The notes beneath the pieces are model-generated. The model was given only the letters and a program-made list of their open reading frames with translations, was not told where the DNA came from and did not search any database. A stretch of 64,000 nt of DNA from the NCBI GenBank assembly GCA_964016885.1, contig CAXHJY010000993.1, positions 36,821 to 100,820 on the forward strand, read 5' to 3'. The position numbers were made by a program, and so were the translations under genes. This document shows positions 12,500 through 26,831 of this stretch, in pieces (the stretch's first letter is position 1; the number at the start of each line of letters is the position of its first letter). The stretch is from Eledone cirrhosa (taxonomy: Eukaryota).

Positions 12500-14260
12500 C
12501 GACCCTACCCACTTTCAAAATGCTAATCAGTATCTCCGCTCGAACAAAATGACAACACCGACGTTACCGACCAGTGCTCCAGTTTGCGATTGTCTGCCCC
12601 ACCCTCATCCCCAACAGGCGGAAGACAGGTTGAAACTGTTCAGGGTGTGAGTTTCAATAATCTGACACGACGGGCCTCAAATGTGATTTCAACGTAGAGA
12701 TGCAACAGCTGCCACTTCTACTCGCGTGTGCAGCTGCGGCCATTAACTACACCCCCAACGAGACAGCGCGCCTGCCTGACATCCATCCTTCGCTGGTCAA
12801 TGTTGCTCGGCTCAGGCGGCTTCGGAGGATCTCCCTAAAGACCCGAAAGAAGTCGCCCTTGGTCTCTTCAACAGTGGTGCCTATCGTGACGGCCTGTCGA
12901 CAACGTCCCTAATAAAGGCCAACATCTCGACATTAGGGAAGTTACCCATACCCAGTACGTTCAAGCAGATCACACTCAGCTCATTCGTTCTCCCGCAGTC
13001 ATTCACCTTTGATGCCAGCTCAGTGTTTACGCGACCGGGTAAACGTGAAACTCGCTGAGAGTGATGACTCGGCTGTCGTCAAAGTAGTCACCTCTGACGA
13101 CACCATCCTCTACACCGAGGAGGTCTTGGCTGCTCTCCCGCTCAAGCATCTTGAGTCACATGCATACCTCAGCCTCATACACCCACTTGACCCTCAACTG
13201 CTACATGTGGCTTCAATGGAGTACATCATCTCTGCTTTGAGGTCTTTCCTGCCAGCATCATCTGAGGCGCCGACAGTCTCCGACCCGGCCATCTCAAAAC
13301 CATGTTCTCCCTCACTGCAGAAGCCGGGCGCCACCTGCTAAGTGCAATTGTGGCCCTCATTCACCCATAGCGATTTGGATTCTTATTCCCGAGACCTTAC
13401 CTCTTCGGCCTGCTTAACCGCTCTCGGAAAGAAAGGTGGAATACTCGGGTCCGAAATCTCGCAGCCAAGGTCATCTGCAAGTCTGTCGCACCTAAGCTAG
13501 ACAAGGGATTTAATCCGGTGCAGCTCGGAGTGAGGGTGGCCAGCGGGTGCGAGGGGTTAGTCGACTCCCCTAGATAGTTCTTCAATGATTGTCTTCTAGA
13601 GCCAGCGCCGAGTGTTTCCAGGCATCTCATCGTCAAGCTTGACATGATAAATAGCCTCAACCGTCTGCGCCGCAATCACTTCCTCTAAGATTGTTACATC
13701 CGTGCCGCGTGGGCCTATCCATTGTTCTATCGGTTATATTGCGGACAAGGTTATACCATCTTCAACCGGCATTCAACATGGCGATCCATTAGGCTCCTCC
13801 TTTTCGCTCTTGGTGTAGAAAACATTGCTCGGAGCATTACCACACCTCAAAGTCTGGTACCTTGACGGTGCAATGATAGGCGGTCGCACAGAGAGTCTGC
13901 TACGGCGTAGGCTTCCTTTCTCAGTTTGAGCCAGCGAGGCTGGCAAAAGGTCAGACGACATGACAATCTTCCAATTCCGCAGGGGTAGGCACTTCATCTG
14001 GGATGTCACATCTTGTGACACCTTTTCTAGCGGCAACTTGTTGCGTTCGACTACCATCCCAGGCTTCGCTGTCCGCGACATTACCGACATTCTTGGACCC
14101 CAGACAGCATGCTATCGGAGCGGTGTTGGCTACACGCAAGTGCGAGCCCCGCGATATTGAGTGGCTATTTTAGCACGTCTTCCTCACCATCATCTTGTGC
14201 AATATCTTCTGCATCCTATTGACCGGGACCACGAGGCTGACTGACCCATAAGTTTCATTT
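12500..14260 (+). mobile_element. CRE-clade non-LTR retrotransposon (RT plus restriction-like endonuclease), decayed and internally deleted
   Basis: PIAIG, PVQLGVRVASGCEG, KLDMINSLN, IQHGDPLG, WYLDG, and the endonuclease motif RSDDMTIFQFRRGRHFIWDVTSCDTF. Confidence 0.8.
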
Positions 14261-14769
14261 ATGATGGTGGTATACGGAATAGATTTACTTACATTTTATT
14301 TGTTAATATTTCACTGAATGTGTGTATGTCGATATAATTTATTTATGTGTAAGTATTAAACAAATTACACTTTTAGCATTCTATTTGTAATTCCTGGCTA
14401 CATGAAACCTAAACATTAACCCTCACGACAATGCATCAAATCAAATTTGCTAATATCATGCTGCATACATACAATTGTAGCTTGTATTGTATTGTGTAGG
14501 CAAGCAACCCATAAGACTAACCGGATTTCTCATAAAAGGGAGATAACTACTAAATGAATAAAAAATCTTATAGTTATTCCACTAGTCTTCAGGCTAGAGA
14601 TCTAGCATGGTTCGAACCCCAACCACCCCTAATGAAATTCTGCAACAGGTCCAACATTAATTCTAACCTTAACAGCAAACCAAAACGTTAAGCCTAAACT
14701 GACCTGTAAAGCCATCCGCAATAATTCATCAATGTATAATTAGTAATATCAAGGAATATATTCCATGTG

Positions 14770-16610
14770 CAAGGGAAATAACTCTAAAAGTATATAGCTA
14801 AAATACTGTAAGAGTAAACTCCCTTTAAAATTAATTTGCATGAATTATGAAGAAAATAGTATTTTGTATTTACTCACACACGGCCATATGACTAACCATA
14901 TTTCTAAAAAAAAAGGGATATAACTACTAAATAATAGTTTCTACTTTTGGCACAAGGCCAGCAATAACTCAGTACATTACTGGTACTTTATTTTATCGAC
15001 CCCGTAAGGATGAAAGGCAAAGTTAACCTCGGCGGGATTTGAACTCAGAATGGAAAGGGCCGTAACTCTATGCGTTAAATCATGATATCCGACCCTCTAC
15101 CGATACTGCCAATCCACCAATGCAGCAGAAAACATAGTTATTTGTCTCTATCTAATTGCAAACACATTAAATTTTGTTTATAAAAATGCCATATTTATAA
15201 CAGAAGGGATATATATAGCTCATGTAGTAAGACAAATCTTTTTCTCCCTAACGAATGATTGTCTTTAAAACTTTTGATTTCTTATTACATAAATACGGAC
15301 ACATATATTCAACTCTAAACCTAACCAAACCAAGAAGACTGAACATAACTGTTAAATCTAATATGTATATCTAACCATAATAGCTAACACCTAAACCTCA
15401 TCCATTACCTCCATAATGATAAGGTTGATATAACCCTAACTATAATCACCAACTGCAACACAATTACCAACCCTAAGCTCCAACACCAACCAGTAACTCT
15501 AAACCTAATCTTAGCACAAACTCAACTCTTTCACATAATGAAAATAAATGAGAGGCTGAAATAAAACATACAATTTCAAAAATATAATTCCAAAAAGAAC
15601 AGTTCGCATGCAACAAAATTTCAATACCAGTAGAAGACACCCTTAACCCAATCGTTACTTTAACATTAACTATAAAGCTTAGCACTAAATATTGATTCTA
15701 AATTTTACAGCTAACCCCTAATTTCAACTTCAACCACTGTTTCCACTAAAAAATCTGAAATAGCTCTAAACCCTAATCGCAACCCTAACATCAACCCTAA
15801 ACCCCAATAACTAAAGGAGTGTAAGAAACTTAACTCTTGCTCCTAATCAAAGGAAGAGAAAAGCTGAAATAAAAATACAATTTCAAAACAATCCATTTTA
15901 GAACAAACTGTTCGCATGCAACGCATTTTAACAACAGATTAAGAAACCTTAACCAAAACCTAACTCTAACACCAACCCTAAATAATAACTATCCTTAACA
16001 GCTAACTTCACCCTAGCCCTTTATATTACATTCTACCAGTTCAGATTCAGAGTTAATTGACATGGGCCTTCTCCAGTACAGCTTTAATCTAATTGTGTTC
16101 TTTCATCATCTCCTCCAATAGGGTCAGTATTTTGAAATCAGGCTTTACCATTTCTGATTACATTTTTATCAGTCTTGTACTTCAGGCTATCGACAATTAT
16201 TCGCACAACGATCATCATCCATATGCCTTATCTGTCCATACCAGTGAAATTTCATCTCCTGCGCCAGTATCTGATTACTAGCTAAACCATGCTTCATAGT
16301 TCATTTATACTAATATTGATGTTAGACATTAAAATATATACAACGCTAGCAATAAATTATATATTAAACTGAGACCTATAAAATCCGGTAACATAATATA
16401 AAAACGTATAACCCTATTTCTTAACCAACCCATAATTTGTTCCTAGCTCTAACTTTCCCTGTTTAAAATAACTGCATACCCTAATCGTTAGTTCTAACAA
16501 AAAGTAAGTTTCCTTAAAACAAGCAATTACGCTAAACCCAAACATTAACACTGAGTCCCAATCAATAAGGTTAACCCATAATTCTTTCGATCATTTTACG
16601 TCCTTTCTTT
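14770..16610. repeat. Dispersed CCCTAA-rich repeat, copy 2, with SINE insertion and internal duplication
   Basis: Collinear with 4060-5470; 15540-15680 is repeated at 15850-15990. Confidence 0.65.
14932..15118 (-). mobile_element. tRNA-derived SINE, near full length
   Basis: Same family core; absent from the paralogous site at ~4220. Confidence 0.85.
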
Positions 16611-16919
16611 CAACTGTCTGATTCAGTATTTTGAAATTAGCTCTCAACGTATCAGCCTAGGTTTTTTTTCTGACTTCCCTTTCCACAGGAAATTAACATT
16701 CTTTCACAAAGTCAGCATCACCCATATACAATATTTGATTCCTAACTAAAGTATGTCTCCCAATTCATGCACACTGACGTTGATATTGAATATTTAAAGA
16801 TGTGCAAAATAATTATAAACTGTACTTACCAGAACAGGCAATCATTAGTCTGTAATCTTATTTGATATTTAGATCATTTCGGGTCAGTTATATAATGGAT
16901 GTTAGCATAAAACCCTCAA

Positions 16920-17770
16920 AGTAAAAACTCAAAGAATGCGAATGTTTCAGAAGAAAAACATTTTTTATAAGCAAAATAACTTGTTCATATTCAATGTCAA
17001 ATAATTTCAGAGAGAAATAGGGAAAGAGTTCCTTCCATGGAAGAAATTGAAAACGTTTGGAGAAAGATTTGAAGTGATGAGAAGCTATACAATGAAAATA
17101 TAGATTGGAATAGACGCACAGAAAAACCTACAAACATTTGCAAGAACATGCATAAGGAAGTAACTCTCAATGGTTCATATGTGGAAATATGGTAAAGACA
17201 GGGTGCTAAATTTCTGGATTTCATCGATCTCGTGCACACACAAAAGGTTAGTCCAGCTGTTCAATGAAATTATGAAAGATCATGAAAAAGCATCAGGCTA
17301 GATAGTTAGAAGTATAACTTTCTAACAAAGATAAAAAAAAAATATCGGCCTATAACCATTCACCACTTATAAAGTTTTAACATCCATTTCTATGAAAAAA
17401 AAGCAAGCTTTTATGGAAGAGAATAATCTCTTTCTCATTGTACAAAAGGTGTGCCGACGAGGTGCATATGGATGTAAAAATCAACTCTTAATCAATTTCA
17501 TGAGCCCTGAGAACTGTCAAAACAAGCGCAGAGATCTAAGGTCCATATAGATTGATTACATCTTCAAATTTTAGTCTGTAATTTCAAACGTTTTGAAACA
17601 TATGACATTGAGGAACACGAATCTTCAATTATATACTGTATTAAGTTCAAACAATATTAGCATCGACTGTACCATTTCCAAGGTGACTCATCTTTCCCTC
17701 TAATATTCTGCATAGTTCTAATACCCCTTGAAATCGAACTTAACGGAACAGAGAACGGTTATATAAAGCG
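16920..17770 (+). mobile_element. R4/Dong-like LINE RT remnant, second copy
   Basis: Homologous to 8295-9160; CRRGAYGCKNQLLIN and FQGDSSFP. Confidence 0.7.
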
Positions 17771-17779
17771 CCTAAGAGT

Positions 17780-20214
17780 ACAGCTTGTCGTTTTATATAC
17801 AAATCTTAGAATGTGCTTGAATTATATATTTTGAAAAAACCCTATCTTTTATAGACCTCCACAAAAGCAGAGCATAAAATCATTAGATACACAAGATAAA
17901 TTAATAAGAAAATATTTCGTATTTGAAATTAGTTGTATATAATTTATTGCATATATCTGAAGAGATCTTCGAATGGAGCTAAATATTTAAGTGTGGAGCT
18001 GGAGTCTACTTGCATGACATAATGCGAAACTTTTAAGTGGCATCGATAATATTTCCTTCGAGGAGGAGGTATTTCCCTTTCTTTCTTCACACTACATCTT
18101 GTACTCTTTCGGTAATCATTTTGGAGTAGCGGGTGTTGTATATATGTACGTATGGTTCGGTGAATCCATACGTACATATATATATATGTGTGTGCATGTA
18201 TGTATATATATATATATATACATACTACTGTACATCTGTATACATATATGTATGTACGTATACATACTTATATATATGTATATATATATATATATAGTAT
18301 AGACAAAATTAGATTGTAACAGAAGAAAAAAAAATGAATCTGTATGTGCTTGTGTGTATGTTTTGTTCGTTTGCTTGTGTGTGGTGTGACGTGTGTGTCT
18401 TTTATCGGCAAACTGTCGAAATCATAATCGGATTATGCTTTTGATATTTCGCCAGATGAAACCCCAGTAAATCGTTTATCTTGAACTGACACTCCAGCTT
18501 TGCTCCAACTATATGAATTACTTATTTTGCTTTGCTTCCAATATTGAATTCTTTATAACCGTGTGAGTTTATTATGTACATATGTACTCTCTCTCTCTCT
18601 CTCTCTCTGTTTTTTATTCATACACGTAACATGTATTACGCTACCTTAAGCTTGAAGGTATATGCGCGGAAAGCATTTACAGACTACGTGACGGCCCCAA
18701 ATCCATAAACCAGACCCTACTTTTACAGCTCTGTTGCAGAGGCAGTCTTTATTCTGCTAGAGCACCCTGGATCTTTTTGAGGTTAGTTTCTAACAGTTAT
18801 TATCGATTTAATAGAGGGGCCGTATGAATTGTTTATCTTCACGGAGTGCCTACTGAATATTTTGCTACACTTACGTTCAAAGGAGAAATGCTTATCAAAG
18901 TACTTTTACCTACATTAGTCTTTATACTTAAGGAGTAGGAGGAATGAACAGATTATTTTTCCTTTCCTATTTTTAGGCCTGCTATGTGTTTTAAGCCGCC
19001 GTCTAGAAGGGATTCGTAGTACAATCAGTGGAGGGTATGTTAGAAATCTTACGACTAATGCCATGGACTAGATTTTATAAACTACGGAGGGACCACAGGA
19101 ACGCCCCTTAATTTATTAGGTTTTTCATTGGGTTTATGATATGGTTTATAGGAATCTAAGTTTACGTCAAGGAAATTGGCGTTAGAGAGGTTTGTATCAA
19201 CAGTAATTTTAAGTCCTAGTGTGCGAACGGTCTCTATAAAATCCTTATGAAACTTACCCAGAGAATGGCCATCGCAATTGTGTGATAAACCAAAGCCACA
19301 GTCTCGGTATAGACCAATAGTATGGTTGAGGAATTTACTTTTAAGTGTATGAAGGATATAAAGCCAGCCAAGTCGATGCCATACGACCCCATTGAGACAT
19401 CAAAGAAATCCTCTAGATCAGATCGTTTACCCATATGTACCCGTTGTAAAATAGGATGATCTTTCAGGCATACATAATGACTTCGAATTCCTTGTCGCAA
19501 ATGTAACTAAAACTACGGGCAACCTCTAAAGACTTAGTTGATAGTGGCCAAGAAATAGAGGGGTAAAATTCTACAATACTAAAGTGTGTGGATGTAGCCT
19601 TATTTTTTGAAGGGTTATCTCTGAACCAGGATATGATAGATGAAATGATTTCCTCTGTAAAGGGATAGTATAGTACTTGATACATACAATAATTCTCTTA
19701 AAATCCTTTTACTGGCTTGTATTAATTCTGTTCTAGCTGGGTGTAGCAATCTACAGCTGGACCTGTTGGTAAAATCGGGTTGTGGTCTTTCGGCGTGATA
19801 AAGACATCACGTTTAGCTAAGTATTCAACTCAAGCGTCAATCTTAAATTTTCTAGTCATTTCCTTGGCCTCATCGTAATAATTATTTTAGGTGTATGCTC
19901 TAGCTTTCTGGTATTTATTTGTTATATTGGTTATGATAATCTGATATTAGCTATCATTATCTATTTCAAATACGATTTTAGTCTTATCGGTGAGAACAAA
20001 AACATTCCTCTACGATTTAGATGCTTTAATATCACTTAAGAGATCATTTTCCAAAGAGAATTTATATTCACGGAATTTAAACTTGGAGCATTATAATAAA
20101 TGTTCGGTGAATCCATACGTACATATATATATGTGTGCATGTATGTATATATATATATATACATACTACTGTACGTCTGTATACATATATGTATGTACGT
20201 ATATATACTTATAT
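17780..20214 (-). mobile_element. Penelope-like element remnant (RT plus start of GIY-YIG) with direct pseudo-LTR repeats
   Basis: VLTDKT, IISWFRD...HFSIVEFYPSIS, FFDVSMGSY, NFLDVNLD and a C.SRIK motif. A ~115-bp direct repeat sits at 18155-18273 and 20102-20214. Confidence 0.8.
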
Positions 20215-20276
20215 TTAAGTAACAGCCGTACTAAGAGTGAGAAATGAAATTTCGTTTCATTTTTTTCCGTTTATAT

Positions 20277-20342
<66 letters not shown>

Positions 20343-20346
<4 letters not shown>

Positions 20347-21058
20347 GGTGTCCATAAAGTCTCTTTACAATTTAAAAAGATTATTACAAAAGCAAATGAA
20401 CAGACAGATATGTGGAAATTACTACAAAATTAGGAGTAGATATTGAAGTTTTTTAAAATTCATTTAATACACCTATAGAGATGTATGGGCACCATTACTT
20501 GTACGAAACACACCAAGACGGTACTCGATTTCTTGCCATGTTTGCTGTAGCATAGCCTCATCAGTCGTGGCAATGGCATCAGTGATCTTTTGCTTTTGAT
20601 AACTGATGTCCTGTATCTTTGTTCGATACACGATATCTTTAACATAACCCCATAGAAAGAAGTCCAGGGGAGTGATATCTGGTGAACGAGGTGGCCAGGG
20701 AATTGGGCCATCCCTTCCAATTCACCAGTCTGGAAATGTTTGATTTAGGAACCCACGAACATGCAGTCCCCAATGTAATGGTGCACCATCTTGCTGGAAC
20801 ATGATGGTTGGTTGAAGGTCATCTAGTTGTGGTGTCACATATGCAGTCAAAAGGTCAAGGTAAACATTTGCAGTAATTGATGTCTCTTGAGGAGTAGCCA
20901 TTTTTAGGGGTTCATTTAACAGTGCCTCTTTCATCAACAGGATACCTGAAATATACAAATACAATGTGATTAAACACTTTGATAAGTACTGAGTACATAG
21001 AACAAATTTGATTAAGATATCTCATCAATTTCCTTTGTAATATATTTTTTAAAGACTG
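20343..21058 (-). mobile_element. Internally deleted DD41D (rosa/Visitor-type) Tc1/mariner element
   Basis: TIR end TA|CAGGGTGTCC at 20343. FQQDGAP...WPPRSPDITPLDFFLWGYVK has 41 residues between the last two catalytic D (counted). MATPQE is joined directly to the catalytic domain. Confidence 0.85.
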
Positions 21059-21154
21059 AGATGGCAAAATGAATGGACCTGTTATTTTTATCTAAAAACA
21101 TTTTTTCCAATTCCACCCCGCCCGTCCCTTCAATCTATGTAATTTCTCATTCTT

Positions 21155-21190
21155 TCTTCTGGTGAAGGACTCGCGTCCGAAACGTTAAGA
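21155..21190 (+). ncRNA. Minimal hammerhead-like motif (family A)
   Basis: tctt CTGGTGA aggactcgcgtcc GAAACGTT aaga, with one core substitution. Confidence 0.5.
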
Positions 21191-21467
21191 CCCTCTTCCT
21201 GCTTTTTCAAGCGTTAACCTAATATATTCCTTCCATAAACCGGTTGTGTTGTTATTTCTGTTTACCTTTTACATACATATAAATATATACAAATATATAT
21301 GTATATATATATTTGTGTGTGTGTGTGTGTGTGTGTGTGAAAACATATAAACATATATAGTATATGTATATGCAATAAACATATGGGTAGCTTCGCTGCC
21401 GAAGAAAAATATTTTTCGAAACGAAACGAAAAAAATTTAATTTTTTTTTTTCCTCCATAAAATAGAG

Positions 21468-21518
21468 AATGTCAGATAGCGCTGTTTCAAGATTTGTTAC
21501 TATTTCATCAGTGACACT
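21468..21518 (-). ncRNA. Type I hammerhead motif, partly decayed
   Basis: Minus strand tgtca CTGATGA n16 GAAA cagcgcta TC tgaca. Helix I is intact and helix III has a palindromic AGCGCT. Confidence 0.6.
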
Positions 21519-21832
21519 TACTGAAAAGATACTGGCATGTCTATATTGAATTTTGCGTGATGATCACTTGCTGGTGATGCTCATTTGCATATAACAAATA
21601 GAAAACATCGGCTAGAGTTGGTCATGTGCCTATAGTGCGTATACTTAATTGGCACAAAGACAGCGTTTAAGCATAACTGAGGTGAATTTGCAAGCATATA
21701 TAAACATATATAATAGTCATTATATATGTTTCAAAGTCTACTCTAGCATAGGTCTTAGAGAACGTGTATTCTCTAGTATTGCTTATCTCTTAGGCAATAA
21801 CAAGATGGTTGACGTTATTAAGGTAATAAACC

Positions 21833-22020
21833 GCGGTGAATTGGCAGTATCGGTAGAGGGTTGGACGCCATGCTTTCTAGCATAGTTACGTCCCTTTACA
21901 GTCTGAGTTCAAATCCCGCCGAGGTTGACTTTGCCTTTCATCCTTACGGGGTCGATAAAATAAAGTACCAGTAATGTACTGGGTAGTTGCTGGCCTTGTG
22001 CCTAAAGTAGAAACAGTTAT
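21833..22020 (+). mobile_element. tRNA-derived SINE
   Basis: A-box-like TGGCAGTATCGG, B-box GAGTTCAAATCC, and the family core. Confidence 0.85.
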
Positions 22021-22552
22021 TAAGGTAATATGCAGATGTGTTGAGAATTTATTTATAATAGTATACTTTAGCTCTGTACTTAATATAGAGTAGAGTACTC
22101 TTTTTCCTTTAACTATTCTACAGAAACTCTTGACACACACACATATGTATACTATACATATGTGTGTGTTGTATACGCAGAATTTCATATACATATTTGT
22201 ACATCTCTCTACGCTGGTCAGCTCACACGCCCACGCTCACTAACACCTCCACACTCCTACAACAGCCTGTCTCTCACACTCCAATGCCCATCCTTCAAAC
22301 CTCTTCACAAACAAACGAATACACCTACACTCACATACACACTTAGTCCATACGCATACACACGCGCTCACGTAGGCATATACATGTCCACTGCAAATAT
22401 ACAATGATTACCACCCTTCCTAAACTTCTTTAACGCCTAAGATGACCACTGACCAGCATTTCTCCAAAATAACTGACTGAATACGTATTTTTTTCCGTTC
22501 CTTCCTTTTCTCACTCTTTATCGTTATCTTTCATCTAATAATTCTCATTCTA

Positions 22553-22590
22553 TTTGCTGATGAAGGACTAGTGTTCGAAACGTTAAGATT
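22553..22590 (+). ncRNA. Minimal hammerhead motif (family A)
   Basis: CTGATGA aggactagtgttc GAAACGTT aaga; the downstream ~80 bp match 21190-21275. Confidence 0.55.
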
Positions 22591-22756
22591 TTTTTTCTAT
22601 TATTTCAAGCGTTAAACTAATATATTTCTTCATTGTATCGTGATATTTGATTTGTTATTTCTATTTACCTTTTACATACACACACACACATGCCGTCATA
22701 TATATATATATACATAACAATACATAAATCTAAACACACACATATATACGTGTGTA

Positions 22757-22864
<108 letters not shown>

Positions 22865-23439
22865 CTTGTCTCGGTCTTGTATTTTGATAGCTGGTTTTTG
22901 TGGTGCGCAATTTCGCACTTCTTCCTCGAGTCTTCTATATTTTCTTGTCTCTATGTTCTCTACGAATAATTACAAGTTCTCGTCTACAAAAAAATCTAAC
23001 TCTGTTTGATGTATTTCAAATCGTCTGCTTCTATTCATACACTTTTGTTTCCTAGCAACAACAGGATATATAGTAAATTTGTTCCCTCACGTCTACAGAT
23101 CTGGGTGATTTGTTTTACCCTTCAAAAGACGAAATATTTTCTTTCTCAGAATTTTTTATCGATTTGAAGTATTTTGGAGAAAAACATCAATTTTTTAACT
23201 TTGTATATTCTTTTTCTTTAAAACAATTTCCGTAATTACTTTATTCATTTTTGATTAGTTTTCCAGTAAAAACTTACGTTGTCGTTTTTGTTTTATATTA
23301 TCTTGATAATATAAAATTTGATTTTATATTATCAAGATAATATTATACAGAAATATAATATTATACAGAAAGATAATATATTATTTGATTTCTGTTGCTT
23401 TCTGTAGCATATTTTTCTCGTTTTTTTTAACTGGTTCCT

Positions 23440-25900
23440 TTCTTCTCCTTGTTTCATCTTGGTTAAGAGAGTGGAACTGGCTTTGTGCAGTGCCTTTGCT
23501 CACTATAAAAGCTTCACGGCACAGGCATTGCTTTATATCTGGAGATCTCTCTGCACTTGTCGTCACATGGTACCATGGGCCCAGCACTATGTGTCAATAA
23601 TTGTCACAAGTGTAGTGTTTGTACCAGAGTTTTCAAGTCGTTGGCTGGACTAAAAAGTCACACTCGTTCAGCGCATCGGTAGGGGTTCTCCTACATGGAT
23701 ATAAAGTAGTGGCCGTACTCGAAAACGAGTTGGCAGCCACCATGTATGTATGTATGTATGTATGTATGTATGTATGTATGTATGTATGTATGTATGTATG
23801 TATGTATGTATGTATGTATGTATGTATGTTGTCTGAGCGCGAGGTTAGTCCACCGAGAATCGAAGACACGTAGTTTTTGTTAGGACATCATTCTGGTAGA
23901 AGGAAAACTCTGATGTGAACCTGCGACTCTATTTCAGCCAATGATATTGACCTGTTCTTCCATTTGGATACCTGTTACTGTTGTTCAGAGAGTGGGATTA
24001 GTCCAGTGCAATGCCTGCACTTAAAAAGCTTCAAGAACTGGCATCACAATTCTCATACCTGATTTGCAGCCATTGTAAGAACGTACGTACGTACGTATGT
24101 ACGTATGTACGTATGTATGTATGTATGTATGTATGTATGTATGTATGTATGTATGTATGTATGTATGTATGTATGTATGTATGTATGTATGTATGTATGT
24201 ATGTATGTATGTATGTATGTTTGTATGTATGTATCTATGTATGTATATATACATACAGTCATTCATACACACACACACACACACATATATATATACGTTT
24301 AAATTTGGTGGTTCACCATTGGGTGGAATTAGTCATTCTGCGATGTTAATCATGATGTAAAAGTAGAAAAGCACTCGATGTTACGCAACTCATCCATCTT
24401 TGATGCTGAATCCTGTTGGTGGTTCGGGAACAGAGTTAAATATATTATATGTCCGGCTTCCTGTCATTTTACTCTGGTAAGTGTAACCCAGTACAACCTG
24501 TGCATGGTCAGGTCGTCGGCGACAAAACCAGCAACCCCAGCAAGCTTGCTTGGTGAGGAGGGTGATTTTGGACACCCATCGGGATGAAAAACAAAACCCG
24601 TCAAAGGGCGGAGGAACTCAGGAGAGTCAACGGCCATCCAATAAAGTATTTTTTTAAAGAGGGCTGTAGAATGAGAGACCCCTAGTCTTCATTAAGACAT
24701 CTCTCTAGGAGAAGGGCACTCTCATACTGCCACTTCATTTGCATCTAAGAAAATAAATGATAATTTCATATCCCTGACTTTCTTATAATTTTGAATATAT
24801 ACATACATGATGATGATGATGGCTGCCCCCTCGTTATCGAGTATGGCCATTGCACGATATACCATTATTAATAATAATTAATTAATTCTATCGTGCAATT
24901 CCTGTGCGTGAAGATATTTTTTAAAGTGACGAAAGACTGTGTACTGAGCCAATCCCACTCTCTGTCGCATGGTCGGGTCGTCGGCGACTAAACTGGCAAC
25001 CCCACCAAGTTTACTTGGTGAGGAGGGTGATTTTGGACACCCTGCAGGACAAAAAACAAAACCTGACAAAGGGCGGAAGAACTCATAAGGGTCAACGGCC
25101 ATCCAAAAGTGCGTAAATATGTATATACACATGTACATGTGTGTACATATGTGTATATGCATGGGTGCATGTGTATGTATATGCGCGGGGACATAGAAAT
25201 AGTCGGGCTGGACACCCGATCGCGCGGTTAAACCACTGGGAGTGAAGGACCCCTAACCGTTCTCAGGGCATTCTTCTAGGAGAAGGCAACTCAGGAAACT
25301 GGGATTACTCCGATATAAAACCTGCGGCTCAGTAGTTACCGATGATGTTGATCTTTTCTTCTTTTCGGGTTATAGCTACATACATACATACATGGTGGCT
25401 GCCAACTCGTTTTCGAGTACGGCCACTACTTTATATCTATGTCGGAGAACTCCTACCGATGCGCTGAACGAGTGTGACTTTTTAGTCCAGCCAGCGACTT
25501 GAAAACTCTGGTACAAACACTACACTTGTGACAATTACTGACACATAGTGCCATGTGACGACAAGTGCAGAGATCTCTCCAGATATAAAGCAATGCATGT
25601 GCTGTGAAGCTTTTATAGTGAGCAAAGGCACTGCACAAAGCCAGTCCCACTCTCTTAACCAAGATGATATTTACCAAAAAGAAGAATAAGTCAACATCAT
25701 TGGATACCATCAGGGTTGCAGGTGTTATATCAAAGTTTTCCTTCTAGAATTCTGCCTTGACAAAGGCTAAGGGGTCATCTCTCCCGGTGATTTTGGATGG
25801 CCATTGACTCTTAAGAGCTCCTTTGCCCTTTGACAGGTTTTGTTTTTAGTCCTGCAGGATGTCCAAAGTTACCACATACATAGATACATACATACATACA
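23440..25900. mobile_element. Cluster of RTE-derived non-autonomous elements with (ATGT)n tails, both orientations
   Basis: 3' end encoding CSVCTRVFKSLAGLKSH at 23455-23745 (+) and 25385-25667 (-). Head motif GGTCGTCGGCGAC...GGCAACCCC at ~24510 and ~24975. AGAAGG(AAA)ACTC motifs are also present. Confidence 0.7.
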
Positions 25901-26831
25901 TACATACATACATACAAACAAAATATATGAAATATATGTGCATATATGTACAAATTTATATAAATATATACCTAATGCATATATATCTATATAGCTTTAA
26001 ACCTATATTTATATATGTATCCCCGCCCCCCCCCCCCCATCCTCTATCTCTCTCTCTCTATATATATACATATTTGTGTGTGCTTGTGTGAATGTGTGTG
26101 CGTAAGTGTGTGTATGTGTGTGAATGTGTGTGAATGTGTAAGTGTGTGTGTATGTGTTTGTGCGTGTACATATACACGCACACATACAAACACTATGTCA
26201 CTCTAAATTTGGATGTTTTGAAGAAAAATAATTAAAGAAAATTGGAAACGAAGTAAGAAAAAGTAGACAATATGTATCTGTAGAATGTCGAAGAGTTTTA
26301 CAAATGTGTTAAAATCTAAGAAACTAAAATGGAATTATATTTGAGAAAATGATAATATAATAACCAAGAAATATTTCAAATGAAGGAAACAATCTACTTT
26401 ACAATTACTGTGGTGACAACAGAAATATTTTCATGCAAAAACTAGAAGAGACAGGCACGCCTTACACATACACACTGACATACATGTTGACGTATGCCCC
26501 CCCCCCCACATATATATATATATATATATATAATATAAAACGAAAAGTCAGTGATGCATCTGAACTCAATTTATTGTGTGTTACAATTGTTTCGCCGGCG
26601 GACAGCTCGAGACGCGATCATTGTGTGGATCTGTCTGATTCTGGACCCGGAGGTTCGACGGACACGTCTAATGATTTCGGAGCAAATTCTTTCACTGGGG
26701 TGTTAGCGTCAAAAACATCCTCTTCGCGCGTCCTATTATTGGCTGCTGTTTTTGAACGTCATCATAATTCTGACCAAAAAGGTATGATTCATCTGACCAT
26801 CAGCTATCCCGTTTCTGCCACACTTCGATGA

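Noticed and set aside
21833-21925. tRNA gene
   Set aside because: The A/B boxes belong to a SINE head and there is no cloverleaf.
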